A model generated the notes under the pieces. The model was given only the letters and a program-made list of their open reading frames with translations. It searched no databases and had not been told where the DNA came from. Of a DNA stretch of 64,000 nucleotides, positions 8,092 through 17,870 are shown piece by piece. Source of the stretch: Acidimicrobiales bacterium (GTDB lineage: Bacteria > Actinomycetota > Acidimicrobiia > Acidimicrobiales > Bog-793). Numbering within the stretch: the stretch's first letter is position 1; every line of letters begins with the position of its first letter. Where the stretch lies: positions 14,363 through 78,362 of the forward strand of contig DATLTN010000031.1 in the NCBI GenBank assembly GCA_035533595.1, given 5' to 3'. The position numbers were made by a program, and so were the translations under genes.

Positions 8092-10356
8092 ATGGCCCTC
8101 GTGGACCCGCTCACCGAGGCAGCGGCGCCGCCTTCGGCGGGCGCGTCTGGCCACGGCGTCTCCGCCGAGACGCTGCTCGGCCTGCTCGGCACGCACCGCC
8201 CCTCTGACGACCTCTCCGCCGTGAAGGCCGCCTTCGACCTGGCCTGCAAGGCGCACGAGGGCCAGACCCGCCTGTCGGGCGAGCCCTACGTCACGCACTC
8301 GATCGCCGTGGCGGAGATCGTCGCTGGCCTCGGGCTCGATGCCACCTCGGCCGCGGCGGCGCTGTTGCACGACGTGGTCGAGGACACCGAGGTGAGCCTC
8401 GGCGAGATCGAGTCGGCCTTCGGACCCGTGATCGCGCAGATTGTCGACGGGGTCACCAAGCTCGACCGCCTGCACTTTTCCTCGAAGGAGGCGCAGCAGG
8501 CGGCGACGGTCCGCAAGATGCTCGTGGCGATGGCTAAGGACTGGCGGGTCCTCGTGATCAAGCTCGCCGACCGCCTGCACAACATGCAGACGCTCTCGGT
8601 GATGCCGGAGTGGAAGCAGCACCGCACCGCGCAGCAGACCCTCGACATCTACGCGCCCCTCGCGCACCGCCTCGGCATCGAGGAGATGAAGTGGCGGCTC
8701 GAGGACCTCTCCTTCGCCTCGCTGCACCCCAAGCGCTACGCGGAGATCGCGCAGATGGTGGCGACGCGCGCGCCGCGGCGCGAGCCCGAGCTCGCCCTCG
8801 TGATCGAGATCCTGCGCGGCCGCCTCTCGGCGCTCGGGATCGACGCCGTCGTCACCGGACGCCCGAAGCACCTGTGGAGCATCTACGAGAAGATGGTGCT
8901 GCGGGGCAAGGAGTTCGACGAGATCTACGACCTCGTCGGCATCCGCATCGTCGTCGAGTCCGAGAAGGACTGCTGGGCGGCCCTCGGCTCGGTGCACGCG
9001 TTGTGGCCGCCGGTGCAGGGACGCTTCAAGGACTACATCAACTCGCCGAAGTTCAACCTCTACCAGTCGCTGCACACGACAGTGGTGGGGCCGCAGGGCA
9101 AGCCCCTCGAGATCCAGATCCGCACCCAGGAGATGCACCGCCGGGCGGAGTTCGGGATCGCCGCCCACTGGGGCTACAAGGAGGACACCACCCACCCAGG
9201 GAGCTCGCACTCCTCCGAGGACATGGCCTGGCTGCAGCGGATCGTGGACTGGGAGCGCGACACCCCCGACCCGATCGAGTTCCTCGAGACCCTGAAGCTC
9301 GACCTCGACCAGGGCGAGGTCTACGTCTTCACGCCGAAGGGGGCGATCGTCACCCTCCCGACGGGAGCCACGCCGGTCGACTTCGCCTACGCGATCCACA
9401 CTGAGGTCGGCCACCACTGCATCGGGGCGCGGGTGAACGGCCGCCTCGTCCCCCTCGAGAACAAGCTCGCCTCGGGGGACACCGCCGAGATCTTCACGTC
9501 CAAGGTGCCGACGGCCGGGCCGAGCCAGGACTGGCTGCGCTTCGCCGCCTCCCCGCGGGCGCGCAACAAGATCCGCCAGTGGTTCTCGCGCGAACGGCGC
9601 GAGGACGCGATCGAGAACGGCCGCGACGAGCTCGCGAAGGCGCTGCGGCGCGAGGGCCTCCCCGTGCAGCGCCTGTCCAGCTCGGCGGCCCTCGGCGAGC
9701 TCGCCGAGGAGATGGGCTTCGTCGACCTCGACGGCCTCTACGCGGCGATCGGCGAGGGGCACTGCTCGGCGCGCGGCGTGGTGCAGCGGCTGCAGCGGGA
9801 TCTCGTCGGCGGAGAGGAGCAGCTCCCGACGACGGTCCTGCAGACGCGGCGGCCGAGCGCGCGGCGCGGCGGCTCGGCGGGTGTCTACGTCGAGGGCCTC
9901 GACGACATGATGGTGCGCCTCAGCCGCTGCTGCACCCCTGTCCCCGGCGACAAGATCATCGGCTTCGTCACCCGCGGGCGGGGCGTCTCGGTCCACCGCG
10001 AGGGTTGCGTGAACGCGACCGCCCTCACCGGTGGCGACAACGAGCGCCTCATCGAGGTCGAGTGGGACGACTCGCAGTCGGGTGTCTACGTCTCGGCGAT
10101 CGAGGTCAAGGCCTTCAACCGGTCACAGCTCCTCGTCGACGTGGCGCGCGTGCTCGCCGAGCACCACGTGAACATCATCTCTTCGTCGTCGCGCATCGCA
10201 GCCGATAGGGTCGCTGCGATGCGTTTCGAGTGTGAACTCGCCGACGCCGCGCACCTCGACTCCGTCCTCGGCTCGCTCCGCCAGCTCGAGGGCGTCTACG
10301 ACGCGTACCGCCTCCTCCCCGGCGGTGGTCGCAGCCTCCAGCCCGCCGGGAAGTGA
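8092..10356 (+). CDS. rel: Bifunctional (p)ppGpp synthetase/hydrolase RelA/SpoT homologue
   Basis: Inside ORF 7864..10356, from ATG 8092. HD hydrolase region (HEGQTRLSGEPYVTHSIAVAEIV...LLHDVVEDT), synthetase region (HLWSIYEKM...DLVGIRIVV...YQSLHTTV), then TGS and ACT-like C-terminus. Confidence 0.95.
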   Translation: MALVDPLTEAAAPPSAGASGHGVSAETLLGLLGTHRPSDDLSAVKAAFDLACKAHEGQTRLSGEPYVTHSIAVAEIVAGLGLDATSAAAALLHDVVEDTEVSLGEIESAFGPVIAQIVDGVTKLDRLHFSSKEAQQAATVRKMLVAMAKDWRVLVIKLADRLHNMQTLSVMPEWKQHRTAQQTLDIYAPLAHRLGIEEMKWRLEDLSFASLHPKRYAEIAQMVATRAPRREPELALVIEILRGRLSALGIDAVVTGRPKHLWSIYEKMVLRGKEFDEIYDLVGIRIVVESEKDCWAALGSVHALWPPVQGRFKDYINSPKFNLYQSLHTTVVGPQGKPLEIQIRTQEMHRRAEFGIAAHWGYKEDTTHPGSSHSSEDMAWLQRIVDWERDTPDPIEFLETLKLDLDQGEVYVFTPKGAIVTLPTGATPVDFAYAIHTEVGHHCIGARVNGRLVPLENKLASGDTAEIFTSKVPTAGPSQDWLRFAASPRARNKIRQWFSRERREDAIENGRDELAKALRREGLPVQRLSSSAALGELAEEMGFVDLDGLYAAIGEGHCSARGVVQRLQRDLVGGEEQLPTTVLQTRRPSARRGGSAGVYVEGLDDMMVRLSRCCTPVPGDKIIGFVTRGRGVSVHREGCVNATALTGGDNERLIEVEWDDSQSGVYVSAIEVKAFNRSQLLVDVARVLAEHHVNIISSSSRIAADRVAAMRFECELADAAHLDSVLGSLRQLEGVYDAYRLLPGGGRSLQPAGK

Positions 10357-11627
10357 CCGCCTTTCAGGCACCCACGGGCACGCGTGACGTGCTCGCTCCG
10401 GAGAGCGCGCGCATCGAGCAGCTCGTCGCGACTTTCGCCGGGCTCTGCAGGAGGGCCGCCTACGGCCTCGTGCTCTCGCCGATGTTCGAGGACGCGGGGG
10501 TCTTTCGCCGTGGTGTCGGGGAGGCCTCCGACGTCGTGACCAAGGAGATGTACGAGTTCGAGGACCGCGGCGGCCGCCTGCTCGCGCTCCGCCCCGAGGG
10601 GACGGCATCAGTCGTACGCGCCTACGTGCAGCACCGCCCGCCGGTGCCCTTCAAGTCCTGGTACGTGACGCCGGCGTTCCGCTACGAGCGGCCGCAGGCG
10701 GGCCGCTACCGCCAGCACCACCAGTTCGGCGTGGAGGCGATCGGATCGGCCGACCCCGACCTCGACGTCGAGGTCGTCGCCCTCCTCGACGAGTACCTGC
10801 GAGCCGCCGGGCTCTCGAAGCTCGTGCTGCGGATCAACTCGATGGGCGACGACGAGTGCCGTCCGGGGTATCTTGCGGCGCTCGAGGTCTTCCTCGCGGC
10901 GCACGCCGACGAGCTCTGCGGCGAGCACCGCGAGGGGTGGGCGCGCAACCCGCTGCGGGTGCTCGACTGCAAGCGGGAGGAGTGCGTCGCGCTCCGCCCC
11001 GAGATGCCCGTCCTCTCCTCGATGCGCTGCGACAACTGCGAGCACCACTTCGCGCGCGTCGTCGCCGGCCTCGACGCGCTCGGCGTCGGCTACCAGTTCG
11101 ACGACTTCCTCGTGCGCGGCCTCGACTACTACACGCGCACGACCTTCGAGTTCGGCTCGCTCGCCCTGCAGTCCGCGCAGAACGCGGTCGGCGGCGGCGG
11201 CCGCTACGACAAGCTCGTCGCCGCCCTCGGCGGCCCCGAGACGCCGGGCATCGGCTTCGCGACCGGGATCGAGCGGGTGCTGCTCGCCCTCGACGCCGAG
11301 GGCGCCGCGCCGGCGGGCGAGGACGGGGTCGACCTCTTCGTCGTCGACCTCACCGGCGGCGCCTCGGCGCGCGACCTCACCCACCAGCTCCGCCGCCTCG
11401 GCTTCTCGGCCGAGCGCGCCTTCGACCAGCGGTCGATGAAGGCCCAGCTCCGCCAGGCCGACCGCTCCGGCGCGACCGTTGCGATCATCGTCGGCGAGGA
11501 CGAGCTCGCCCGACGCCAGGTCACCGCCCGCGTGCTGCGCGGCCCCGACGCCCACCACCAGGAGTCCTTCGACGTGGACGACCTCGCCCCTTCCCTGCAG
11601 AAGCTGCTCGCCGGGGCGCGCCCGTGA
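10353..11627 (+). CDS. hisS: Histidine--tRNA ligase
   Basis: MTAFQAPTGTRDVLAPE...EMYEFEDRGGRLLALRPEGTASVVRAY...FRYERPQAGRYRQHHQFGVE. The GTG start overlaps the rel stop (GTGA). Confidence 0.95.
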   Translation: MTAFQAPTGTRDVLAPESARIEQLVATFAGLCRRAAYGLVLSPMFEDAGVFRRGVGEASDVVTKEMYEFEDRGGRLLALRPEGTASVVRAYVQHRPPVPFKSWYVTPAFRYERPQAGRYRQHHQFGVEAIGSADPDLDVEVVALLDEYLRAAGLSKLVLRINSMGDDECRPGYLAALEVFLAAHADELCGEHREGWARNPLRVLDCKREECVALRPEMPVLSSMRCDNCEHHFARVVAGLDALGVGYQFDDFLVRGLDYYTRTTFEFGSLALQSAQNAVGGGGRYDKLVAALGGPETPGIGFATGIERVLLALDAEGAAPAGEDGVDLFVVDLTGGASARDLTHQLRRLGFSAERAFDQRSMKAQLRQADRSGATVAIIVGEDELARRQVTARVLRGPDAHHQESFDVDDLAPSLQKLLAGARP

Positions 11628-13420
11628 GCGGCCCCCGTCCGCTCGGGCTGCGCACCGACTACTGCGGGGCCCTCGGTCCCGACGACGTCGGCCGCGAGGT
11701 CGCGATCTGCGGCTGGGTGGCGCACCGCCGCGAGCACGGCGAGCACCTCGCCTTCGTCGACGTGCGCGACCACACCGGCCTCGTGCAGTGCGTGATCGAC
11801 ACCCGCCTCACGGTGCGCAGCGAGTACGTAGTGCGCGTCACCGGGTCGCTCAGGCTGCGGCCGGAGGGGACCGAGAACCCCGAGCTCGCGACGGGCCTCG
11901 TCGAGCTGTCCGACTGCGAGGTGGAGATCCTCTCCGAGGCCCAGCCGCCGCCGTTCGTCATCGACGGCCACAGCGAGACAGACGAGAGCGTCCGCCTCCG
12001 CCACCGCTACCTCGACCTTCGCTCGACGCGCATGCAGCACAACCTGCGGCTGCGCGCCCGCATCAACCAGGCGCTGCGTGAGCAGATGGCGGCCCAGGAC
12101 TTCCTCGAGATCGAGACCCCGTTGCTCTGGACTCCGACTCCCGAGGGGGCGCGGGAGTTCGCGATCCCCTCCCGGCTGCAGCACGGCGCGTTCTACGTCC
12201 TCCCGCAGTCGCCGCAGATCGCGAAGCAGCTCTCGATGGTCGGCGGGATGGACCGCTACTACCAGATCGCCCGCTGCATGCGCGACGAGGACCTGCGCGC
12301 GGACCGCCAGTTCGAGTTCACCCAGCTCGACCTCGAGGCCTCCTTCGTCACCGAGCGCGACGTGCGCGACGCGGTCACCGCCGCGCTCTACGCGGCGGTC
12401 GAGGCGGTGCGCGGCGAACGGCCGGAGGCTCCCGTCGAGATGACCTGGGACGAGGCGCTCGACCGCTTTGGCTCGGACAAGCCGGACCTGCGCTTCGCGA
12501 TGGAGCTCGTCGAGCTCACCCCCGCGCTCGAGAAGACCGAGTTCAAGGCCTTCCGGTCGGCCGACGAGGCGCACCCCGCCTCGGTGCGGGCGATCGTCCT
12601 TCCCGGTGGCGCGGAGCTCGGGCGCGCCCGCCTCGACGCGCTCATCGAACGGGCCAAGGCGCTCGGGGCCAAGGGCCTCGTCTGGATGCGAGTCGTCGCT
12701 GGCGTAGAGGGGCCCGACCTCGAGTCGCCGATCGCGAAGTTCCTCTCCGACGCCGAGCGCGCCGAGATGGTCCACCTCTGCGGCGCGGCCGCCGGCGACC
12801 TGCTGCTCATCGTCGCCGACGAGCACCGCACCGCCTCGCAGGTCCTCGGCCAGCTGCGCGTCGACCTCGGCCGGCCGCCGGTGAGCGAAGGGCCGCTCCG
12901 CTTCTGCTGGGTCGTCGACTTCCCGCTCTTCGAGGGCTACGACGAGGCGGGGGACCTCGTCGCCGCGCACCATCCCTTCACGATGCCGAAGCCGGGCGAC
13001 CTCGAGAAGTTCGACTCCGACCCCCTCGCGGTGCGCGCCCAGTCCTACGACCTCGTGCTGAACGGCTGGGAGCTCGGCTCGGGGAGCATCCGCATCCACC
13101 GCCCCGACATCCAGGCGAAGGTCTTCAGCGCGCTCGGCATCTCCGACGAGGAGGCAGCGGCGCGCTTCGGCTTCCTGCTCGGCGCCTTCGCCTACGGCGC
13201 GCCCCCGCACGGCGGCTTCGCCGTCGGCCTCGACCGCTTCGTCGCGGTGCTCGCCGGCGAGGAGAACATCCGCGAGGTGATCGCCTTCCCGAAGACCCAG
13301 TCCGGGACCGACCTCATGACCGGCGCCCCCCGCGCCCTCGGCGCCCGCCAGCTCCGCGAGCTCGGGATCAACGTCGTCGTCCCCCCCGAAAAGGGGGGAG
13401 CCCCCTCCGGGCCGGGCTGA
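11624..13420 (+). CDS. aspS: Aspartate--tRNA ligase
   Basis: Inside ORF 10856..13420, from GTG 11624 (GTGA overlap with the hisS stop). LRTDYCGALGPDDVGREVAICGWVAHRREHGEHLAFVDVRDHTGLVQ...YQIARCMRDEDLRADRQFEFTQLD...GGFAVGLDR. Confidence 0.95.
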   Translation: MSGPRPLGLRTDYCGALGPDDVGREVAICGWVAHRREHGEHLAFVDVRDHTGLVQCVIDTRLTVRSEYVVRVTGSLRLRPEGTENPELATGLVELSDCEVEILSEAQPPPFVIDGHSETDESVRLRHRYLDLRSTRMQHNLRLRARINQALREQMAAQDFLEIETPLLWTPTPEGAREFAIPSRLQHGAFYVLPQSPQIAKQLSMVGGMDRYYQIARCMRDEDLRADRQFEFTQLDLEASFVTERDVRDAVTAALYAAVEAVRGERPEAPVEMTWDEALDRFGSDKPDLRFAMELVELTPALEKTEFKAFRSADEAHPASVRAIVLPGGAELGRARLDALIERAKALGAKGLVWMRVVAGVEGPDLESPIAKFLSDAERAEMVHLCGAAAGDLLLIVADEHRTASQVLGQLRVDLGRPPVSEGPLRFCWVVDFPLFEGYDEAGDLVAAHHPFTMPKPGDLEKFDSDPLAVRAQSYDLVLNGWELGSGSIRIHRPDIQAKVFSALGISDEEAAARFGFLLGAFAYGAPPHGGFAVGLDRFVAVLAGEENIREVIAFPKTQSGTDLMTGAPRALGARQLRELGINVVVPPEKGGAPSGPG

Positions 13421-13421
13421 G

Positions 13422-14795
13422 TTGCCGACCGGCGGCGGGAGCCTCTTTGACGCCGCGGCCGCGAGCGAGCTCGAGTCGCGTGCGCCGCTCGCGGCGCGCC
13501 TGCGCCCCCGCCGCCTCGACGAGGTCATCGGCCAGCGCCACCTGCTCGGCGAGGGCGCGCCCTTCCGCCGTCTCGTCGAGAGCGACCGCCTCTCCTCGGC
13601 GATCTTCTTCGGCCCCCCGGGGACCGGCAAGACCACCGTCGCCCGCCTCGTCGCCGACACCTCCGCGAAGACCTTCGTACAGCTGTCCGCCGTCTCGGCG
13701 GGGGTGAAGGACGTCCGCGAGGAGCTCGAGGGGGCGCGCCGATGCCTCGGCGAGTCGGGGCGGGGGACGATCCTTTTCCTCGACGAGATCCACCGCTTCA
13801 GCCGCGCCCAGCAGGACGCCCTCCTCCCCGGCGTGGAGGAGGGCGTCGTCGTGCTGATCGGGGCGACGACCGAGAACCCCTTCTTCGCGCTGAACGCCCC
13901 GCTGCTCAGCCGCTCCACCCTGTTCCGCTTCGAGCCGCTCACGCGCGACGACCTCGAGGCGCTCGTCGGCCGCGCCCTCGAGCGCGAGGGAGCCTCCGCG
14001 GCGCCGGACGCGGTGGCCGCCGCCTGCTCGCTCGCCGAGGGCGACGCGCGCGGCGTGCTCACCTCGATCGAGGTCGCCGTCGCGATCGCGCGCGGCAGGG
14101 GCGAGCCGCCGGTCGTCACCCTCGCCGACGTCGAGGCGGCGCGCACCACGCGCGCGCTGCGCTTCAGCCCCGACGACCACTACGACATGGTGAGCGCCTT
14201 CATCAAGTCGCTGCGCGGCTCGGACCCCGACGCCGCCGTCTACTGGATGGCCCGCCTGCTCGCGGCCGGCGAGGACCCCCGCTTCGTCGCCCGCCGGATG
14301 GTGATCCTCGCGAGCGAGGACGTCGGCATGGCCGACCCGACGGGGCTCGTCGTCGCGACCGCGGCCGCCGAAGCGCTGGAGCGCGTCGGCCTCCCCGAGG
14401 CGGCGCTCAACCTCGCGCAGGCGGCGGTGCACCTCGCCCTCGCGCCGAAGTCGAACGCCACCGCGAAGGCGCTCTGGGCGGCGCAGGCCGACGTCGAGCA
14501 CGAGCCCGCCGGCGCCGTCCCCGAGCGGCTGCGCGACGCCCACTACAAGGGGGCCACGGCGCTCGGCCACGGTCGCGGCTACGAGTATCCTCACGACGAC
14601 CCGCGGGGCTTCGTCGAGGGCGTCTACCTGCCGAAAGAGCTGGCTGGACGGCGGTACTTCGTGCCCAGCGCGCACGGCCGCGAGGCTGAGCTCGGGGCAC
14701 GCCTGGAGGCGCTGCGCCGTGGCGAGGCGCCCGACGGAGAGCCCGAGAGACAGCCCGACGGACCGAGAGAGGGAGGTGGCAGCGATGAGCGTTGA
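13422..14795 (+). CDS. rarA: Replication-associated recombination protein A (AAA+ ATPase RarA/MgsA)
   Basis: LAARLRPRRLDEVIGQRHLLGEG...AIFFGPPGTGKTTVARLVA...ILFLDEIHRFSRAQQDALLP...PRFVARRMVILASEDVG. Confidence 0.9.
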   Translation: MPTGGGSLFDAAAASELESRAPLAARLRPRRLDEVIGQRHLLGEGAPFRRLVESDRLSSAIFFGPPGTGKTTVARLVADTSAKTFVQLSAVSAGVKDVREELEGARRCLGESGRGTILFLDEIHRFSRAQQDALLPGVEEGVVVLIGATTENPFFALNAPLLSRSTLFRFEPLTRDDLEALVGRALEREGASAAPDAVAAACSLAEGDARGVLTSIEVAVAIARGRGEPPVVTLADVEAARTTRALRFSPDDHYDMVSAFIKSLRGSDPDAAVYWMARLLAAGEDPRFVARRMVILASEDVGMADPTGLVVATAAAEALERVGLPEAALNLAQAAVHLALAPKSNATAKALWAAQADVEHEPAGAVPERLRDAHYKGATALGHGRGYEYPHDDPRGFVEGVYLPKELAGRRYFVPSAHGREAELGARLEALRRGEAPDGEPERQPDGPREGGGSDER

Positions 14796-17403
14796 GGCGG
14801 AGCGGCTGCGCAGCACCTTCAGCGAGTTCTTCACGAGCCGCGAGCACACCCTCGTGCCCTCGGCGGGGCTGATCCCACACCACCCGCGCGCCCCGATGTT
14901 CACTAACGCCGGGATGAACCAGTTCCTCCCCTACTTCCTCGGGGAGGAGGCGCCCCCCTTTCCGCGAGCGACGACGGTGCAGAAGTGCGTGCGGGTGCGG
15001 GGCAAGCACGACGACATCGAGCTCATCGGCCGCACCACCCGCCACGGCAGCTTCTTCGAGATGCTTGGCAACTTCAGCTTCGGCGACTACTTCAAGGCCG
15101 ATGCGATCGCTTACGCCTGGGAGCTGCTCACCGACGTGATCGGCCTCAACCCGGAGCGCCTGTGGGTGACCGTGCACACCTCCGACGACGAGGCCGAGGC
15201 GCTGTGGCGGGGCATCGGCTTCCCCGCCGAACGCATCCAGCGCCTCGACGAGGACAACTTCTGGGAGATGGGCGAGACGGGCCCCTGCGGCCCTTGCTCG
15301 GAGATCGCCTACGACCGCGGCGACGCCTTCGGTCACGACGGCGGCCCCGCGCTCGGGAGCGACGAGCGCTTCCTCGAGATCTGGAACCTCGTCTTCATGC
15401 AGTTCGACCGGCAGTCCGACGGCACCCTCGAGCCGCTGCCGCGCCCGAACATCGACACCGGCTTCGGCCTCGAGCGGGTGCTCACCGTCGTCGAGGAGGC
15501 GCCGAGCGTCTGGGAGACGAGCCTGCTGCGGCCGATCATCGCCACCGCCGAGGTGGCGACGGGCGTGACCTACGGCAAGGGGGGCGAGGCCGACGTCGCG
15601 CTGCGGGTGCTCGCGGACCACGCGCGCACGATGGCCTTCCTCGTCTCCGACGGCGTCTTCGCCTCCAACGAGGGGCGCGGCTACGTGCTGCGGCGGATCA
15701 TCCGCCGGGCGGTGCTGCGCGCCCAGCAGCTCGGTGGCGAGGGCCTCGTGATGCCGAAGGTCATCGAGGGCGTGATCGCCGAGATGGCCTCCGCGTGGCC
15801 ACAGCTCGTGCGCGACGCCGGCCTCATCACCACCGTCGTCGCCCACGAGGAGGAGGCCTTCCGCCGCACCCTCCGCCAGGGAAGCGCGCTCTTGGAGGAG
15901 GAGCTGGAGAGCGGCGGCGAGCTCTCGGGGGCGGTCGCCTTCCGCCTGCACGACACCTTCGGCTTCCCGATCGACCTCACCAACGAGATCGCTGCCCAGC
16001 GGGGCGTGACCGTCGACGTCGCGGGCTTCGAGGCCGAGATGGAGCTGCAGCGCGCCCGCGCCCGCGCCGGGGCGCGCGCGGGCAAGGGCGACAGCGGCCT
16101 CGCCGAGGCGGCGCGCGGCGTGCTCGAGGAGTTCGGCCCGAGCGAGTTCGTCGGCTACCGCCGGGAGGAGGCCGACGGCCGCCTGCTCGCGGCGCTCGAG
16201 CGCCCCGAGGAGGCCTTCAGCAACTTCGACGGCGAGGCCTTGCCGGAGGGCGCGGTGCTCCTCGACCTCTACCTCGACCGCACCCCCTTCTACGCGGAGG
16301 GCGGCGGCCAGGTCGGCGACACCGGGCGGATCACCGCCCCCGAGGGGACCTTCCGCGTCCTCGACACGACCGTCGCCACCGAGGGCCTCGCCCGCCACAC
16401 CGGCTACTTCGAGCAGGGCTCGATCGAGGCCGGCTCGCCGGTGCACGCTGCCATCGACGCGGCGCGCCGGCAGGCGATCCGCCGCAACCACACCGCGACA
16501 CACCTGCTGCACGCGGCGCTGCGCAAGGTGCTCGGCGACCACGTGAAGCAGCAGGGCTCGCTCGTCGCCCCCGACCGGCTGCGCTTCGACTTCAGCCACT
16601 TCGCGGCGCTCAGCGCCGAAGAGCTCGCCGAGGTGACCGGCCTCGTGAACGCCGAGGTGCTCGAGAACGAGCCGGTCCGCACCTACGAGACCTCGCGCGG
16701 CGAGGCCGAGCAGTCGGGGGCGATGGCCTTCTTCGGCGACAAGTACGGCGAGGTGGTGCGCGTCGTCGAGACCGGCGGCGTCTCGGTCGAGCTCTGCGGT
16801 GGCACCCACGTCGCCGCCACGGGGACCATCGGCCCGCTGCGCATCGTCTCGGAGGCCTCGATCGGGGCCAACACGCGGCGCATCGAGGCGACGACCGGCA
16901 CCGCCTCGCTCGAGGGGATCGCCGTGAACGACGCGCTGCTCGCCGAGTTCTCCGAGGCGCTGCGGGCGAGCCCCGCGGAGCTGCACGACGCCCTCGGCCG
17001 CCTCCTCGAGCGGGAGCGCTCGCTCGAGGAGGAGCTGAAGAAGGTGCGCGGCGCGCAGTCCCGTGACGAGGCGAAGAGCCTCGCCGCGGGGGCTGAGCGC
17101 GGTGTCGTCGTCGCCCGCCGCGACGCGCTCGAGCCGGCGGCGCTGCGCGACCTCGCGCTCGCGGTGCGCGACGACCCCGCGATCGGCGCGGTGGCGCTCG
17201 TCGGCTCGCCCGACGGCGAGAAGGTGGCGCTCGTCGTCGCCACCACGGCGGGGGGGGCCGACGCGCGCGCCCTCGCCTCCGAAGCGGCGCGCCTCGTCGG
17301 CGGCGGGGGCGGCGGCTCGCCCGAGCTCGCGACGGCCGGCGGTCGCGACCCGTCGGGGATCGACGCCGCGCTCTCGCTGCTGCGCGAGCGCCTCGGGGCC
17401 TGA
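14785..17403 (+). CDS. alaS: Alanine--tRNA ligase
   Basis: Inside ORF 14719..17403. ATG 14785 is preceded by gagggaggtgg. MSVEAERLRSTFSEFFTSREHTLVPSAGLIPHHPRAPMFTNAGMNQF...HTATHLLHAAL. Overlaps the rarA end by 11 nt. Confidence 0.95.
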   Translation: MSVEAERLRSTFSEFFTSREHTLVPSAGLIPHHPRAPMFTNAGMNQFLPYFLGEEAPPFPRATTVQKCVRVRGKHDDIELIGRTTRHGSFFEMLGNFSFGDYFKADAIAYAWELLTDVIGLNPERLWVTVHTSDDEAEALWRGIGFPAERIQRLDEDNFWEMGETGPCGPCSEIAYDRGDAFGHDGGPALGSDERFLEIWNLVFMQFDRQSDGTLEPLPRPNIDTGFGLERVLTVVEEAPSVWETSLLRPIIATAEVATGVTYGKGGEADVALRVLADHARTMAFLVSDGVFASNEGRGYVLRRIIRRAVLRAQQLGGEGLVMPKVIEGVIAEMASAWPQLVRDAGLITTVVAHEEEAFRRTLRQGSALLEEELESGGELSGAVAFRLHDTFGFPIDLTNEIAAQRGVTVDVAGFEAEMELQRARARAGARAGKGDSGLAEAARGVLEEFGPSEFVGYRREEADGRLLAALERPEEAFSNFDGEALPEGAVLLDLYLDRTPFYAEGGGQVGDTGRITAPEGTFRVLDTTVATEGLARHTGYFEQGSIEAGSPVHAAIDAARRQAIRRNHTATHLLHAALRKVLGDHVKQQGSLVAPDRLRFDFSHFAALSAEELAEVTGLVNAEVLENEPVRTYETSRGEAEQSGAMAFFGDKYGEVVRVVETGGVSVELCGGTHVAATGTIGPLRIVSEASIGANTRRIEATTGTASLEGIAVNDALLAEFSEALRASPAELHDALGRLLERERSLEEELKKVRGAQSRDEAKSLAAGAERGVVVARRDALEPAALRDLALAVRDDPAIGAVALVGSPDGEKVALVVATTAGGADARALASEAARLVGGGGGGSPELATAGGRDPSGIDAALSLLRERLGA

Positions 17404-17870
17404 TGGCCGGCACGCCCCCCGCGCTGCCGGCGCGCGGCCGGCTGCTGGGGGTGGACCTCGGCACCGTGCGCATCGGCATCGCCGTCTCGGACTCAGCGCA
17501 GCACATCGCCCTCGCCCACGAGGTCCTCCGCCGCTCCGACGAGCCCGCGCGCGACCGCCTCGCCGTCGCCGGGCTGGTCGAGGAGTTCGGCGCGGTCGGT
17601 GTGGTCGTCGGGCTGCCGCTCCGCCTCTCCGGTGAGGTCGGTCCCGCGGCGCGCGACGCCCTCGGGGAGGTGGAGGCGCTCGCCGCGGTGCTCTCGGTCC
17701 CGGTGGTGACGGTCGACGAGCGCCTCTCCACCGTCGAGGCGACCCGTCGTCGCCGCGAGGGCGGCGGCAGGGGTCGCCGGCGCGCCGTCGACGACGCCGC
17801 GGCGGCGGTCCTCCTGCAGGGCTACCTCGACCGCCGCATCGCCGACGCGGCGCGCGCCGCCGCGCCGTGA
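17403..17870 (+). CDS. ruvX: Putative pre-16S rRNA nuclease / Holliday-junction resolvase-like YqgF
   Basis: GRLLGVDLGTVRIGIAVSD...VVVGLPLRLSGE...DERLSTVEA. The ATG overlaps the alaS stop. Confidence 0.85.
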   Translation: MAGTPPALPARGRLLGVDLGTVRIGIAVSDSAQHIALAHEVLRRSDEPARDRLAVAGLVEEFGAVGVVVGLPLRLSGEVGPAARDALGEVEALAAVLSVPVVTVDERLSTVEATRRRREGGGRGRRRAVDDAAAAVLLQGYLDRRIADAARAAAP

